From NCBI GenBank assembly GCA_028534125.1, contig CM052816.1, positions 98,644,001-98,708,000 on the forward strand: a stretch of DNA of 64,000 nucleotides, read 5' to 3'. Positions 12,723-24,980 of this stretch are shown here, piece by piece. The notes under the pieces were generated by a model. That model made no database searches. It was not told where the DNA came from and saw nothing but the letters and a program-made list of their open reading frames with translations. A program made the translations under genes and the position numbers. This DNA is from Lama glama (taxonomy: Eukaryota). The number at the start of each line of letters is the position of its first letter. Position 1 is the first letter of the stretch.

Positions 12723-13308
12723 CTGCAACAAAGAAAAGATTTATGTTACTTTTTTTAATCCTGAAAATATACTATGTTAAAATCATGTTTCAAAATGTGC
12801 CAGGCTCCTTTCATCCCAAGTTTCCTGCAACAAATTTATATTTAATTAATGTAACATGTATCATGTTAAATTCTTTTAAAGCACTGCACTGATATATACT
12901 TTTAATTTAAAGTACCTTTGATCTAAATAATATCTTAGCCTATAAATTCCTTTGACTTTTATAGGATTAAAATAAAAACACCCTCATACCAAGGCCATGA
13001 AGTACTACAAGGAAATCTGAGGTCCAGTCCTAAAGCTAAGAAGACTTTAAAGATAGACAACAGTTTAAAAAAAAAATTACAGTTTAGCAAAAATCACGTC
13101 CTAACCCTGAGCCTTGTAAAGCCTGAGCACCAAGACCAGGGGCTCCTGCGCAGGCGGCCCCAGAGTGGTTTCACTCGAACCCACACCACCCAGGCCCCAG
13201 GTGAGCAACCCCAGTCCCCCTTTCAGCCCGAGGCTCTACCACCACCACCTGCTCCCGCCAGTATGTCGGGTTCGTGGAGTCCAGCCAAACACATGAAAAC
13301 ATACTCAC

Positions 13309-13367
13309 TCTGTATTAATGATTTTTTGCTTCAAGGTAATTAATGCTTCAACATATTCATTTAAATT
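13309..13367 (-). CDS. ICE1: ICE1 coding exon 2 (NLNEYVEALITLKQKIINT+GA)
   Basis: Acceptor tttcag|, 59 nt, donor |gtgagt; continues in frame from exon 1. Confidence 0.95.
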
Positions 13368-15931
13368 CTGAAAGAAAAAAATACAGTTAGCTATTTGCTT
13401 TTATAATATAAGTTACTTTATATGTAATTTTTATGTAACATTTATTATAAAATATAAACATACTACTCACTACATTAAACACAGAAATATGTAAATCTAA
13501 CATTTATGTTGTGTATAAACTCAGATGTATTCTGTGCAACCCCGAGCCCAGGCTGTCCCTCTCTGAATCTTCATCCGAACGACGCTCTGCCAACAAGGCA
13601 GTCAGCGACACAGATGCCCTGACTGCGTGCGCTTCTTCACAGCGAGAGCTCAGCAAACACTCACTACTCTAGTTCACTCACTGCTATTAATCATCAGTCT
13701 ACACGTCAACCCTCATCATTTCTGGCGGATTTCAGACAATCCAGAAAGACACACAAATTATTAAAAAAAAAACAGCAAAGATAAAAAATAACATGGGAAA
13801 GACAAAGGGGCATATTAAAAAGGGGCTGTAATTAAGTGAAAAACTTATTTTATAAAGAACTATACTACACTTCAGGGACCAACTACAAATTGGGCTCCAA
13901 ATTATTGCTACCAACTTGACAGGGAAAACATTAGTTACATTGTTCAAAATGCTCCTAAAATTTAAAAATGAACAGATTATTTTTCTCTTTTAAGTGACTT
14001 TTCCCTTGAATGTCTCCTTTTTTCATTGTTAAATACTTCAGAAATAAGAACTTATTTTTCACTAGTTATTCCCAAAATATCTTTTACTAGATAATCTGAT
14101 TGATTTTGAGAATTATACAAATACTTCCCTTCATGGTAATATGTGCATTTTCTTTGCAGTCATACATGTAACGTTATTTGTTGAAAAAATAATCTACACG
14201 TTAAAGCATCCCATCACCTGTCAAAAATCACTCATACTTTTTGCATATATCCTTTCAGAACTGTTACTGCACATTGAAAATACATTTGGATGTACTTAAT
14301 TCACCAACTCTCCACCAAAGACCATTTAGATCCTGTTCAGCCTTTACTAACAACAGGCAATGCATTTCTTGCCCGATCCTCTGGGAGACACTTTTATTTT
14401 TCCTTAGGATAAAGTCCGAATAGGTTCCCTGCACTGGTGATGGTTGGGAGCTTTGATAATCTTAGAGCCATATTTTTCACTCATTTTTCTTTACGAGACT
14501 GAGAAACCATCCTTATCTCTTCTGACCAGTCATAGTTTTTCTTGCAGTAATAGCCCCTTGGTATGATTTGCTCATTGGTGTGGTTGCACTTTTTTTATTA
14601 GCTACAGTATATGAGGGATAGTAACATCTTGTCAAATGTTACTAATGTACATATATACAAATATATGTGCATGTTTGTCAAGTGGTCATTAAAATATAAC
14701 CACATATGAATACAGAAGTTTTAAATATTTACATAGTTAATTTTTTTAAATGTTGGTTTCCTGATATATTTAGAAAGTTCTGCCCCACCTAAGATGCTAA
14801 AATATAAGGATTCTTCTATATGTTAATTCTATTACTTTTATGCCTTTTTAAATTCCTACCTTTATTCTAGAATTTATTCTAGTGTACAGTAGAGACTCTG
14901 AACGATATATGTGAAAAGGGCAATGAATGGACTATTCAATAGCTTTAGTGTATCTGGCTTTCCACATAAAAAAATCTTTCATTATGTACATAATAAATTC
15001 TACATAGCAGATTTCTAACCAGAGAGGGTAATAATGCACCTGTTTTTACTCCCTCCCTAAAATCACCTAAAACTAAAGTCAGGATTTATTTTCCCCCAAA
15101 GGATGAGAACAGGATAAAACAGAAGTGGAAACAGGAAAGCAGATCTGAGAATACTGATTTAGCAGACCCAGGAGAACCAGGGGTGGGGCAGGTGGGGGAC
15201 GATGACAAACCACTCAATTCTCAGTTTATACTGCAAAAAACTTCAATAAGCGTGGAAGAAACAGGTTCCTTGGAAAGGCGGGAGGCGGGGAAGGTGGGCA
15301 CTAAAATGGCAACTAGTTGCAAGCTTTTTGGTAAGCATTTAATCCTCAAATGCCCGCCTCTGCTCTGCCTCTAGGAAACTGCTCCTCCCTCATCCAGCAG
15401 AAGGTCTGCTTTCTGAAGTCTCTGCCTGGGACACTGTGAACACATGGGGCAGGTGGAATGCACCAAAGACAGAGGGACCAGGTACACCCACGCACACGCC
15501 CTGACACTGACCACGTGCTTCTCGCCATTCAGCTCCCAGCCAGTGCCAGCCAACCCTTTTGCCCTCAAGGCAGGACACTAAGAAGCAGGTTTTCTGAAGA
15601 AATCTGACCAGCCTGGAGACAAGATCTAAAGGTACTAACGTGAAGCTCAGGGTCCAAAAGCCCCACACACTAGGTGTCTCCAACCACCGTATTAGCCACT
15701 GCTTCTAATGAGAACAAACAATCAAGGATTTCCAAACATCAGAGAGAAATCCTGTAGCATGAGAGACCAAAGCAAAATGAGCCAAAGCACTCAGACTAAA
15801 TAAAACCTAAAACATAACTTCAAAAATATCAATGTGGTCTGAGATAAATGTTATATTCAACAAACAAGAACAGCAGCTGTCTTTAAAAGAAATATTCAGA
15901 GTTCTTAGAAATTTTTTTTAAATTAAAAACA

Positions 15932-16672
15932 AACACCCACTAGGATGGCTAAAATCAAAATGAAGCCGTGGAGAAACTGGGCCCCTCATACACTGCCAGT
16001 GGAATATGAAAGGTGCAACTGCTGTGGAAAATAATCTGGCAGCTCCTCAAAACGGTAAACAAACAAACAAAAAGTGGTAAACAGCTAACTACACGAGCAG
16101 CAATTTCATTCCCAGGTGTACAGCCAGGAGCACTGGAAACACTTGCCCGTAAACTCGTCCACTCTGATTCATGGCAGCATCTCCTCACACCAGCCAAAAA
16201 GTGGAAATCAATTAAGTGCCAACTGATACAGGGGTGGGTCAGCAGCTGATGGACAGATACACAACACGTCAGATAGCCACATGACGGGACTGTCCGATGA
16301 TGAACAGGAGTGGCTGGCACGAGCTACAACGTGGATGGACCTTGAAAACACACTAAGCGAAAGAAGCCAGTCACAAAAGGCTCCACACCGTATGACCCCA
16401 TCCATATGAACCGTCCACAGCAGGCAAATCCAGAGAGCCAGGAAGCAGGTAAGCGACTGCCCAGGACTTGGGCGCCGGCAGAGGGAATGACTGCTGAAAC
16501 TTAAGGGGTTTCTTGGAGGGGGCACAGGGGCAGGATAAACATGGTTTATAATTACACAGTGCTGACTGGGTTGCTTGACTGTGCAAATACTAAAAACTAC
16601 TGAGTTGTACATCTTAAGAGCATAAAGTTTATGGCATGTGAATTATACTTCAGTAAAACTGTTTATTATAAC
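15932..16672 (+). mobile_element. 5'-truncated L1 (L1MB-like 3' end) with a 13-bp target-site duplication
   Basis: cactaggatggctaaaatcaaaa...gaaagaagccagtcacaaaagg...tgtgaattatacttcagtaaaactgtt; flanked by TAAATTAAAAACA at 15919-15931 and 16673-16685. Confidence 0.85.
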
Positions 16673-16830
16673 TAAATTAAAAACAGGAGAGCAAAATAAA
16701 AGACTCAGAACATTTGATGGTAAAGTTGAAAAAAAAAGCCCTCTAAAATAAAGTAAAACAGACAGGGGAAGAGCAAAGAAAAACAGAAACAATCGGAGTG
16801 TCAGCGCAAGGAGTCTCCTGCGCCCTGCAA

Positions 16831-16850
16831 GAGAGAGAGAGAGAGAGAGA
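16831..16850. repeat. (GA)10 microsatellite
   Basis: Read directly from the sequence. Confidence 0.95.
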
Positions 16851-17689
16851 GGGAGCGAGCAAGCTGGAAGAGATGGAAGAGATGGGGTGGTCGCTGAAGA
16901 AACACTGCTGGTATTCAAGAAGAAAACTCCAGAACTGAAGCCAGAAGTTTCCAGAAAGAGCCCAGCAAATGGATACAAACAGGATCCAAACCATGAAACA
17001 TCAGCACAAAACTTCAGAGCATCAGAGACAAAGCAAAGATCCTGTAAGAATGAGAGAAAAAAATTTTTTTTAAGTCACAAACAAAGAACCTGGAGTCAGA
17101 ATGGCTTCAGACTTAAACAATAATCCAGAGACCTAGAACCCTAGAGACCAGAAAGCAAGCCTTCAAAAGCCTACAGGAAAATGATCCCAGAGGAAAATTC
17201 CATACAAGCTACCAACCAATCGTGATGGTAGAAGGCATTCTCAAATCTGTAGTCTCCGCAAACTTCCCAGACACCCTTGCTCAGGGAGGTACAGGAGCAC
17301 GTGAACACGTTCCACCCAAATTGTGGAGTGAATCCAGGGAGGACGATGTGGGACACAAAACAGAGCACAGAGAATCTGGGAAGCAGCCTCGCACGTGCAG
17401 GTTAGAGCAGGTCTAAAGGCTTGGGAGGAAGTTCTCCCCTAAAAAAACGACAGAGCACCGGGTGGAATGAAAGCGTTAAGGTGGTATTTCTACGTGACTG
17501 GCAGAGAAGGGCAAGCAAATGTGGCTCCATTACGCATTTAAATTGATTGTTTTTTTAAAGAACCTCTTTTTTTTCCGTTCTCTTTGGAGTTTTTGCGAGT
17601 CCATCTCATCTTCCCAGTCTTGCCTCCAGATGCCATTCTGTGATGTCAAGTCCCCCGCCAGAGACATTCCAGAAAGCTCAGGCTCAAGT

Positions 17690-17925
17690 CAGGCACAGCT
17701 GGGTTCACGGTCCTGTTCCAGCACCCTGCGGATGCACGCCATGGGCACACTGACCTCACTGAGCCCTGCCTCAGTACCACTTCCCACGCTGCAGATAAGG
17801 AGACTGAAACATTGGTTTATGGTGTGCTGGCGGGGCGGGGGTCCCTAACTGGCCAGGATTAAACAGAATGAGCCGTATAAAGTATTTAACTTTGTCTCTG
17901 ACTTATAATAAGCACTTGTTAACAT
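17690..17925 (+). mobile_element. MIR SINE
   Basis: ctgggttca...ctcactgagccctgcctcagt...ggattaaacagaatgag...taagcacttgttaa. Confidence 0.55.
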
Positions 17926-20134
17926 TTTCAAGATGAATACATTGAATTAAGAATACAATCATTCACCAGGGGAAACAAGAAAACACACAGGAAAGGAAAA
18001 GTAACTGAAATGGACTCCAGAGTTTGGCTCTGAACAACAAACAACCATAATAATGTCACCTCCAAATAGTGACCTAAGGGAAATCATAGCCACGCGGAGA
18101 GGATCTTGGGGGGTGAGGGGAGACTCAGGCGTGCTGGGGTGCAGGGCAGAAAGACAGCTCAATCCTTACCTTCCAAAGTCAGAAACTGAACAATATGCCT
18201 AAAACTGAAAAACAAGAAGTAGCAACACACGTCTATTACTTCACAACCTGAGACACAGCAGAGCGCAAACGCAGCGGGGTCCCCTGGGAAGCGGGCTGGG
18301 CTGGTGGGAGCTTAACAAGCTGTGTCTCCAGCTGTGTCTCCAAGCTATGCTCATGTCTAACTGATTTTAAAAACTTACAATTACAAAATGGGGAATTACA
18401 CGGGAAAATGAAACGAAGTGAAGACAACTTCTTGGTTTCCTACAGCACGCGAGTCCCTCACTATTTCCCGATGGCCTGGTTGCATGGCAGCTCAGTTCTA
18501 GTCGGCAATTGCAGTATCACAATAAAGACTCTTCCTTCTATCTGATTATGTAGGTAGCAACCAAGGACTAACTCAGGAGTCTCAGAACCGTGAGTGCAGA
18601 GCGGCTGCGCCCAGGCAGAGGGCACTGAGGGCCGTGACTCACATTCCTTTAGGGGTGCACACACTGTGCCCCACTACTGCCTGGCCCCTAGGGAAGGAGG
18701 TGGGGTCTGAGCTGTTGTTCCTCCTCTCCAGGAGAGGAGAGGGTGGCCTGGGGTCACCACAACATCACCAGATTGAGGATCCAGTGGTTCAGGACTCCTC
18801 AAGTTTGGCAACCCACATGGACACTAAGCTACAGACCAGTGATGAACCAGAATAGCCAACAGGATGAAAACAGAGATGAGAGGATCTGTGAGACCATGAA
18901 AAAAGATGCAGTCAATCTACAAATGTCTGAACGAAGCAATGATCTCAGCAAAGGCAGTGTACCGCTGCACCCACTAAAGAGAAAGAGCGCAGGGAGGACT
19001 GAGGCACGAAGGAAAACCCGCAGTCCAGGTGAACTGCTGGGCCACCCGGGACAGCCAGCCTCCCGTGGAGGTGCGGCCAGATGCTTGTTAAATGCTCATA
19101 AATGTTCTGCAAGTCCAGGAGGTTCAGTGTGTTCAAACTGCACAGCCAGACCCCTTCTCCGTGTACAGAGCCTCGTCTCTTGGACACAATTTTAGCTGAA
19201 ATACAGAACTTGCTGTGATACTGTGTAATCCTGCAGAAACGTCCTCTCCACGGGTACGCGCATCGCCTGTTCTCAGTCCTCCTTCGCCATCCTGACTTCC
19301 TACCCACTTCCTGCGTATCCCTTTCCCCCTGCTGTAGCCCTGAGTCATGAGCTGGTGGGTTTTCTTCGCTGACCCCTCATGATGGCAGGCAGTCTCACTA
19401 ATTGCCACCAAGGTTTACAAAGTTCCTTTGAAGTGACAGGACACATTCCCCCACTGTCCTCTCCCCACCCCTCCCCAAGTAAAACTCTAACAAGGAACTC
19501 GGTGTCCATCTAACCTGCTGCTTCTCTATTTCCTTGGAGGCACTTGGCTGCATACGCAATGTGAAACAGCTGAAAATCCCCAGTGCTGAAATCATTCATT
19601 CCAAAACTTTGGGCCCACGTTTCCAACATCTCTTCCCTCTTGGGGCCCGCTTTCTCCTGCCTCTACCACCGTCCTCACACTCATTCGGGCTTTGACTCCC
19701 TGAAGCTTCTATTTTCCCGGCTTGAGATCTGTCCACTCTGCAGTTTCTCACACTCAAAACCTTTTTCTTCGCTGTCCCATTCCCAAGACCCTTCAGTGAA
19801 GCCACACATTTATCACCGCCAGCGTGCACTAGTGAAGTAATCTACCTCCTCCTGCGCCCTGCACGCAGCACGGGTGATCTCTACCACAGCACAGCCCTTG
19901 TGCGGAGGCACGCCAAGCCCTTCGCTGCTCCACACTGCGAACGGAAGTAAGTACAGAACTTCCAGGCGGTTCCCATTCAAGGTCCTCCACAATCTGCACA
20001 GAACCTCTTCTTCCAGCTTTACTTTGCAATATTAAAGATTTGTTTCAGAGACTCCACTCACATCTAACCATCCCCTTTCCCTAAAAAAGCATTTCAGGCA
20101 ACAGAAAACCCAAATACAATGGAGTGCTGCAGTC

Positions 20135-20332
20135 TAGAAAAGAGGTCTGCAAAGGCCCTCTGCCTGTTTTTCCAAAGCAAGATTCCAGGGAGCATAACCA
20201 CGCCCATTCCACCCGTATGACTGTGGCTGTGCTTACACTACACAGGCAGAGTTGGGGAGCTGTGAACAAGACCACGACACCTAAATATCTATCACTTTAT
20301 CCCTTACAGAAAAGGCCCGCAGACCACTGGAC
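20135..20332. mobile_element. MER58-like hAT-Charlie DNA transposon fossil
   Basis: gcctgtttt...cacgcccattc...gcagagttggggagctgtgaacaagacc...cctaaatatctatca...cccttacagaaaa. Confidence 0.7.
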
Positions 20333-20339
20333 TCAGAGA

Positions 20340-21585
20340 CTTAGCAGGATTGCTCCTACTGCTGTTCTCAGAACCAAGAGGGCGAACGTGACAAGGGTGG
20401 AAGGAGGGCGTCCTAGGAAGCTACTGAGATAACCTCTAGGCCAGAGATCACGCTGGCTCACCAAGGGTGGGAGCAGTGGGAACGGCGAGACGGTGGGGGA
20501 TAACAAGGACGGAGCCAGCACAATCAGCCGACGGACTGGATGCAGGTTGTGAGAGAAAAGTGAGGAACCAAGGATGACACCTAGTTTCTGGCCTAAGCAA
20601 CCAGAAGCAAACAGTTGCTACTTTGAAGCAGGATGGGGACTACTACAGGTATACAGGATTTTGAAGGAAAATCAACAACTGAAAAGCATAGTTTACAGCA
20701 GTCGTTCTCCAGCACAAAAGCCTCCCACGATTCACAAACCTTTCAGAGTAAAAGCCAAAAACCCTTACAACGGTCTCTAAGGGCTCCCACAATCAGGCTC
20801 TTTTCTGACTTCAAACTCCCTGACTGCTGCAGGCCACGTGTGCCCCTGCAAAGTTCACATGTGGAAATACCGTCTCCAATGTGATAGCTATTCGGAAGCT
20901 GGGCCTTTGCGAGGTGAGGAGGTTCTAAGGGCAGAACCCTCGTGGATGGAATTAGTGCTCTTATAAAAGAGACTCCAGAGAGCCGTCTTCCCTCTTCAGC
21001 CATGTGAGGACACAGCAAGAAGAAAGCATGAACCAGGAATCTTGCTCTCATTAGATATCAAGTTTGCCAGCCCCTTGATCTTGGACTTCCCAACCACCAT
21101 ACCTGTGAGAAATAAAATTCCTATTGCCTCAAAAGCCACCCAGTTTATGGTACTTCGTTACAGCAGCCCCAAACAATCACGCCACCCCAGCTGGGGGCCC
21201 CCTTCTCTTCCCAAGCACACCAAACAAGCTCCTGCATCAGCTGCACCTCAACTTCCCACTGTCTGGGATGCTTTCCTCCCAAGCCATCTACAGAGCTTAT
21301 CTCACTCCCTTTTCTCAAACCCAAGCTCTGTGAGGCATCCCAGGACTTCTGCCTCAATTCCACCAGCCGGCTCCTTCCTTGCCCTTCTGTTCTCCCCCTT
21401 TTCAGCCCATCTCATCTCCAATGTATTTACTACCTTCCCACCTAACTTGTTTCATCTTACCTCCTCCCCCCACCTCCTAAAACGGAAGCTCCAAGAGATC
21501 AAGAATATTTGTCTCTCCCCCACTGCTGTAACTGTACTGCCTAAAGCACAACAGGTGATCAGTAACTATTTGTTGAGGGAATAAA
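20340..21585. mobile_element. L2 LINE fragments interrupted by an MLT1 LTR
   Basis: L2-like ggactggatgcagg...aaggatgacacctagtttctggcctaagcaacc and gtactgcctaaagcacaacaggtgatcagtaactatttgttga. Confidence 0.55.
20828..21180 (+). mobile_element. MaLR solo LTR (MLT1A-like)
   Basis: ggaattagtgctcttataaaagagactccagagag...ccatgtgaggacacagcaagaag...cttgatcttggacttccc...gtgagaaataaa...agccacccagtttatggtac. Confidence 0.85.
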
Positions 21586-22829
21586 CTGGCCCAAGGAAGA
21601 AATATAACTTACTAAAGATTTAAAAGAACTTTGCTCATGTTCCTAGATTTTGAGGGGAAAACATAAAAGCAGATTATAAACAATGTTTATAATAGGCAGC
21701 TCAGCACAGGCAACGATGTTACTATTAGCCCTCCTATTCCAGAGTGCCGGCCCACAACAAAGAGGGAGACTTTCTCCCTCCCCTGCGTTCAGCCTTAAAA
21801 TGTCTCGGATCAGTTCACAGGCAATGCAGTTTGGAGAGGGGAAAAAAAAGAAAGAAAGAAAAAACTAAACTTCTCCTGATGGCCTGTCTGGCCTACATTC
21901 TTTTCTGGTTTCATCAGAGCTCTACCCTCTGCACTGCTTTCACACCAACCAGCCCTCGTTCTGCTCCTCATGTGCTCCTTCTCACCTCAACAGCCATTCA
22001 CCTGCTAATGCCCCTACCTAGGAAGCTAGAAGGCTCCTCCTAGAAAGCTCTTCCCACACCTTTTCTAGTCTGCTCCTTCTCATCATTCAAATGTCACCTC
22101 CTCAAAAATACCCTGCCTGCACCCCAGCCAAGAGCCAAGACCACCACTCTGACTCCTTTTTCTCCTAACACTTCAGACCTTCCAAAGTCTTATTTGTAGG
22201 CATAGATCTTACTTATGAAAGCAATTTTTTTACCTATTTTGTTCACTACCATGTCCCTACTGCCTAGAACCCTAAGTAGAATAAGCGATAATCTAATCAC
22301 ACCTTTGTACAGCAGTGGATGGCTCCACTTTACCACTGAAGATACTGAAGAGAGACTCCCGGCACCAGACAGCTGGGAGAGTCCAGCTGGAAAAGAGTAT
22401 TCGAGACTATTTCTACTACTCCGCAAGATCCAGGGCCAGACACTTGCAACTCCTCTGCTGTCACTGTAGCGAACAGTCCACGCTACTGTTAAAAACCTCC
22501 AGTATCCGCGTGCCTTTAATGATGAATGAACCTCCTAGCCAACCGTAGGCCGCAAAAGATCCTGCCCCCAGGCAAGAAATATTTTAAGATGAGCCAGCAC
22601 AACAAAAAACTTTATCCTTGAAGAAGTAGCGTCCCTTGTCATTTTGACCACGACTCATCAAAAGTGAGCCTTGGGGAATACGACACTGGGTAAGTGGAGG
22701 GGGCCCTCCAGAACTCGTTTGCTCCCCCGCCCCACCACCGCATCCCAGTAAACGAATCCTGGATCCTAAGGCTAAACAACGCAAGGGAAACCACTCCCAA
22801 ATCGACTGCAGGAGAAGGGAAGAAGAAAG

Positions 22830-23950
22830 GGAGGAGGGGGAGCTTCCGCCCAGGAGCGGGAGCACGGCGCGGAGGGGTCGCCCGCGCAGCCAGACCCCAG
22901 CGCCGCGCCCTGGACGGTCGACCCAGCCCCTCCGCGTTCTCAGCGCAGGGGAGACGCCGCACCTGCTGCAGGGAGGCGCAGCCCTGACAGCGCGAGAGGT
23001 CCGCCGCCGTCCCGGGCGCCGCCGAGTGGGTCTCGCCTGGCATCATGGTGCCGCCGCCGGGCCCGGTGGGCCCGCGCGCCTCAGGGACCCGTGGCCTCGG
23101 CCCTGCCCTGCCTCTGCTGACGCCGCCGGGGCCGTCGCCTGCCAGGGCGCTTCCCGCCGGGTCCGGGCGGGTCCATCCGTGCACAGAGGTCCCCGTGGAG
23201 CCGGCGAAGGGCTCTCCTAGCCAGAGCCGCCTCCAGCACTAGAAAGAAACGCTACCCGGCGCGGCCCCCGAGCGCGACGCAGCCCAGCCAGGACCCCGCC
23301 CCGCCCTGGCTCGCCCCGCCCCTCGCCTCGGAGCGGGGCTGCCTGAGGCGCTGCCTGAGCAAATTAGGGAGGGGGCCGCGCAGGTGCGGCGGGGAAGACG
23401 CGCGTGGAGGAACAGCCGAAGAGAGACGAGGCAATGCAGGACCCCTCTCCCACCGTTTAGGGTTTCATCTTTCGTTGCCGGCTTGCTGTGTGGCACACTT
23501 TTCTTAGACACCTAAAGCCTTCGACGGAGGGGCGGTGACCTGGGGTGACGTCACTCAGGCGCCTCCTGGCCCGAAGGACCCCGCACCAGACGGGCTAGTG
23601 CGCGATTTATAGCTGCAGGGAACCGCGCTGTCCCGGTGCGGCCGGTCCCAGGAGGAGACGTGAGGACTACGGTTCCCGCTGCCCCTCGCGGCGGGCGCAG
23701 CCCGAGCGGTTCCTCCGGCCGCGCTCGGTGCGCTGTGGCGCCTCGCCTTGGCCGTGGCCGGCAGTGACCTGTCCTTCCTCTGGGAACGTCTGTCTTTCTT
23801 CCCGGCAGCTCGGCCTGCCCACTGTGTCCACTTGCCGTCGGACCCAGCGCTCCTCCGTGTCTTTCCAGACCGGTCCCCGCCGCGTCCGTGAAGCCAGGTG
23901 CCAAGCATGGCGCATGGCCGAATCCTCGGCGACCCCGCCAGCGGTCAATA
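22830..23950. promoter_or_regulatory. CpG island / ICE1 promoter and first exon
   Basis: Very high GC and CpG density around the start codon; GC boxes (CCCCGCCCC) at about 23294-23322; full CRE palindrome GTGACGTCAC at 23545-23554. Confidence 0.9.
22963..23046 (-). CDS. ICE1: ICE1 coding exon 1 (MMPGETHSAAPGTAADLSRCQGCASLQQ)
   Basis: Translation matches the recalled N-terminus of mammalian ICE1/KIAA0947; Kozak context GGCACCATGA; 84 nt ending CAG|GTGCGG; lies in a CpG island. Confidence 0.96.
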
Positions 23951-24826
23951 GCCAGCCACTGCCAAGTCTTATTTTTAAAATCTCTTGGGAAGGGATAAAG
24001 GAAAAGAAATCCTCACCCGACCGCAGTTCCTGGATAAATTCAGGCCTTGATCCTCTTGTTTGAGCGGAGGTTTTTCCCCTCTCTATTTCAATATCCACCG
24101 CTACCAGAATCTTTTTAATTATCATAGATTGTTGCCATCGCTACCTTGCTCAGAAGACTTCCATGGTTTCCAAACGTCTGGTTATAAAGCCCAAATTCTT
24201 AAGGTCCAGTACAAGCATTGTGTGTGTTGAGATGTCCAGACCTTACCGACTCCTTCCTAAATCTTAAGGATGGAAATTGCAGTTGAAAACACCCCTTCGC
24301 AGAAAGTAGCCTGGGTTCTTCCCCAAATATCGTAGCTCTCAGCTCTACACCACGGTGGTCACTGTAGACTGCTAGATTACATGTCTCAGACACTCAGGAC
24401 AGGCCGGTACTTGTCCACGAAAGTGCCGTGGGACGCACAGAAAACAAAGGTTAAAAGGGAAAGGAGAAGAGAGCAAATGCACAGCGGGGAAGCAGGTGTA
24501 CCTTCCATGACAGACCGTGTGTCTTGGAGAAAGGGGAGAGGAGATCTTTGTGGTCCTGATGACGTTTCATTTCTGGCCTCTGATCCCAGACAAATAGGTC
24601 TTAACAGTAACTTCCTTTTTAAGGTTTCCCAAACGAGTGTTTTTCCCCAGAGTACCTTAGTGGAGGAGGCACCAGCTAACTCTCCAGCATCTTCTCCTGC
24701 CCTGTCCACCCCTACACGCACAACACACCACACACCTACCCTTGCTGGAACTGGGAACTCTATAAGATGTTTAAAGAAGAAAAGCCTGGTTTACGTAACG
24801 TAGAGTGTAACTTACACTCTACGTGT

Positions 24827-24980
24827 AAACTTACTGTAAAAAGCCACACAGTAAATATTTTAGGCTTTGGGGGCCATACAGGTCTCTACTGTATGTCTTC
24901 TCATTTTTTTGTTTTTTGAAGAACCCTCTCAAGATGTAAAAATCATTCTCACCTTGGAGGCTGTACAAAAACAAGTGTGA
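24827..24980. mobile_element. MER58-like DNA transposon fragment
   Basis: ctgtaaaaagccacacagtaaatattttaggctttgggggccatacaggtctct...tgtacaaaaacaag. Confidence 0.65.

Noticed and set aside
18318..18341. 12-bp tandem duplication AGCTGTGTCTCC x2
   Set aside because: Ordinary slippage duplication in an intron.
22639..23184. 181-aa ORF covering ICE1 exon 1, with a possible 46-aa GTG-initiated N-terminal extension
   Set aside because: Only the 28 codons from ATG 23046 to the donor match ICE1. The rest is GC-rich leader and intron read-through, and nothing supports non-AUG initiation.
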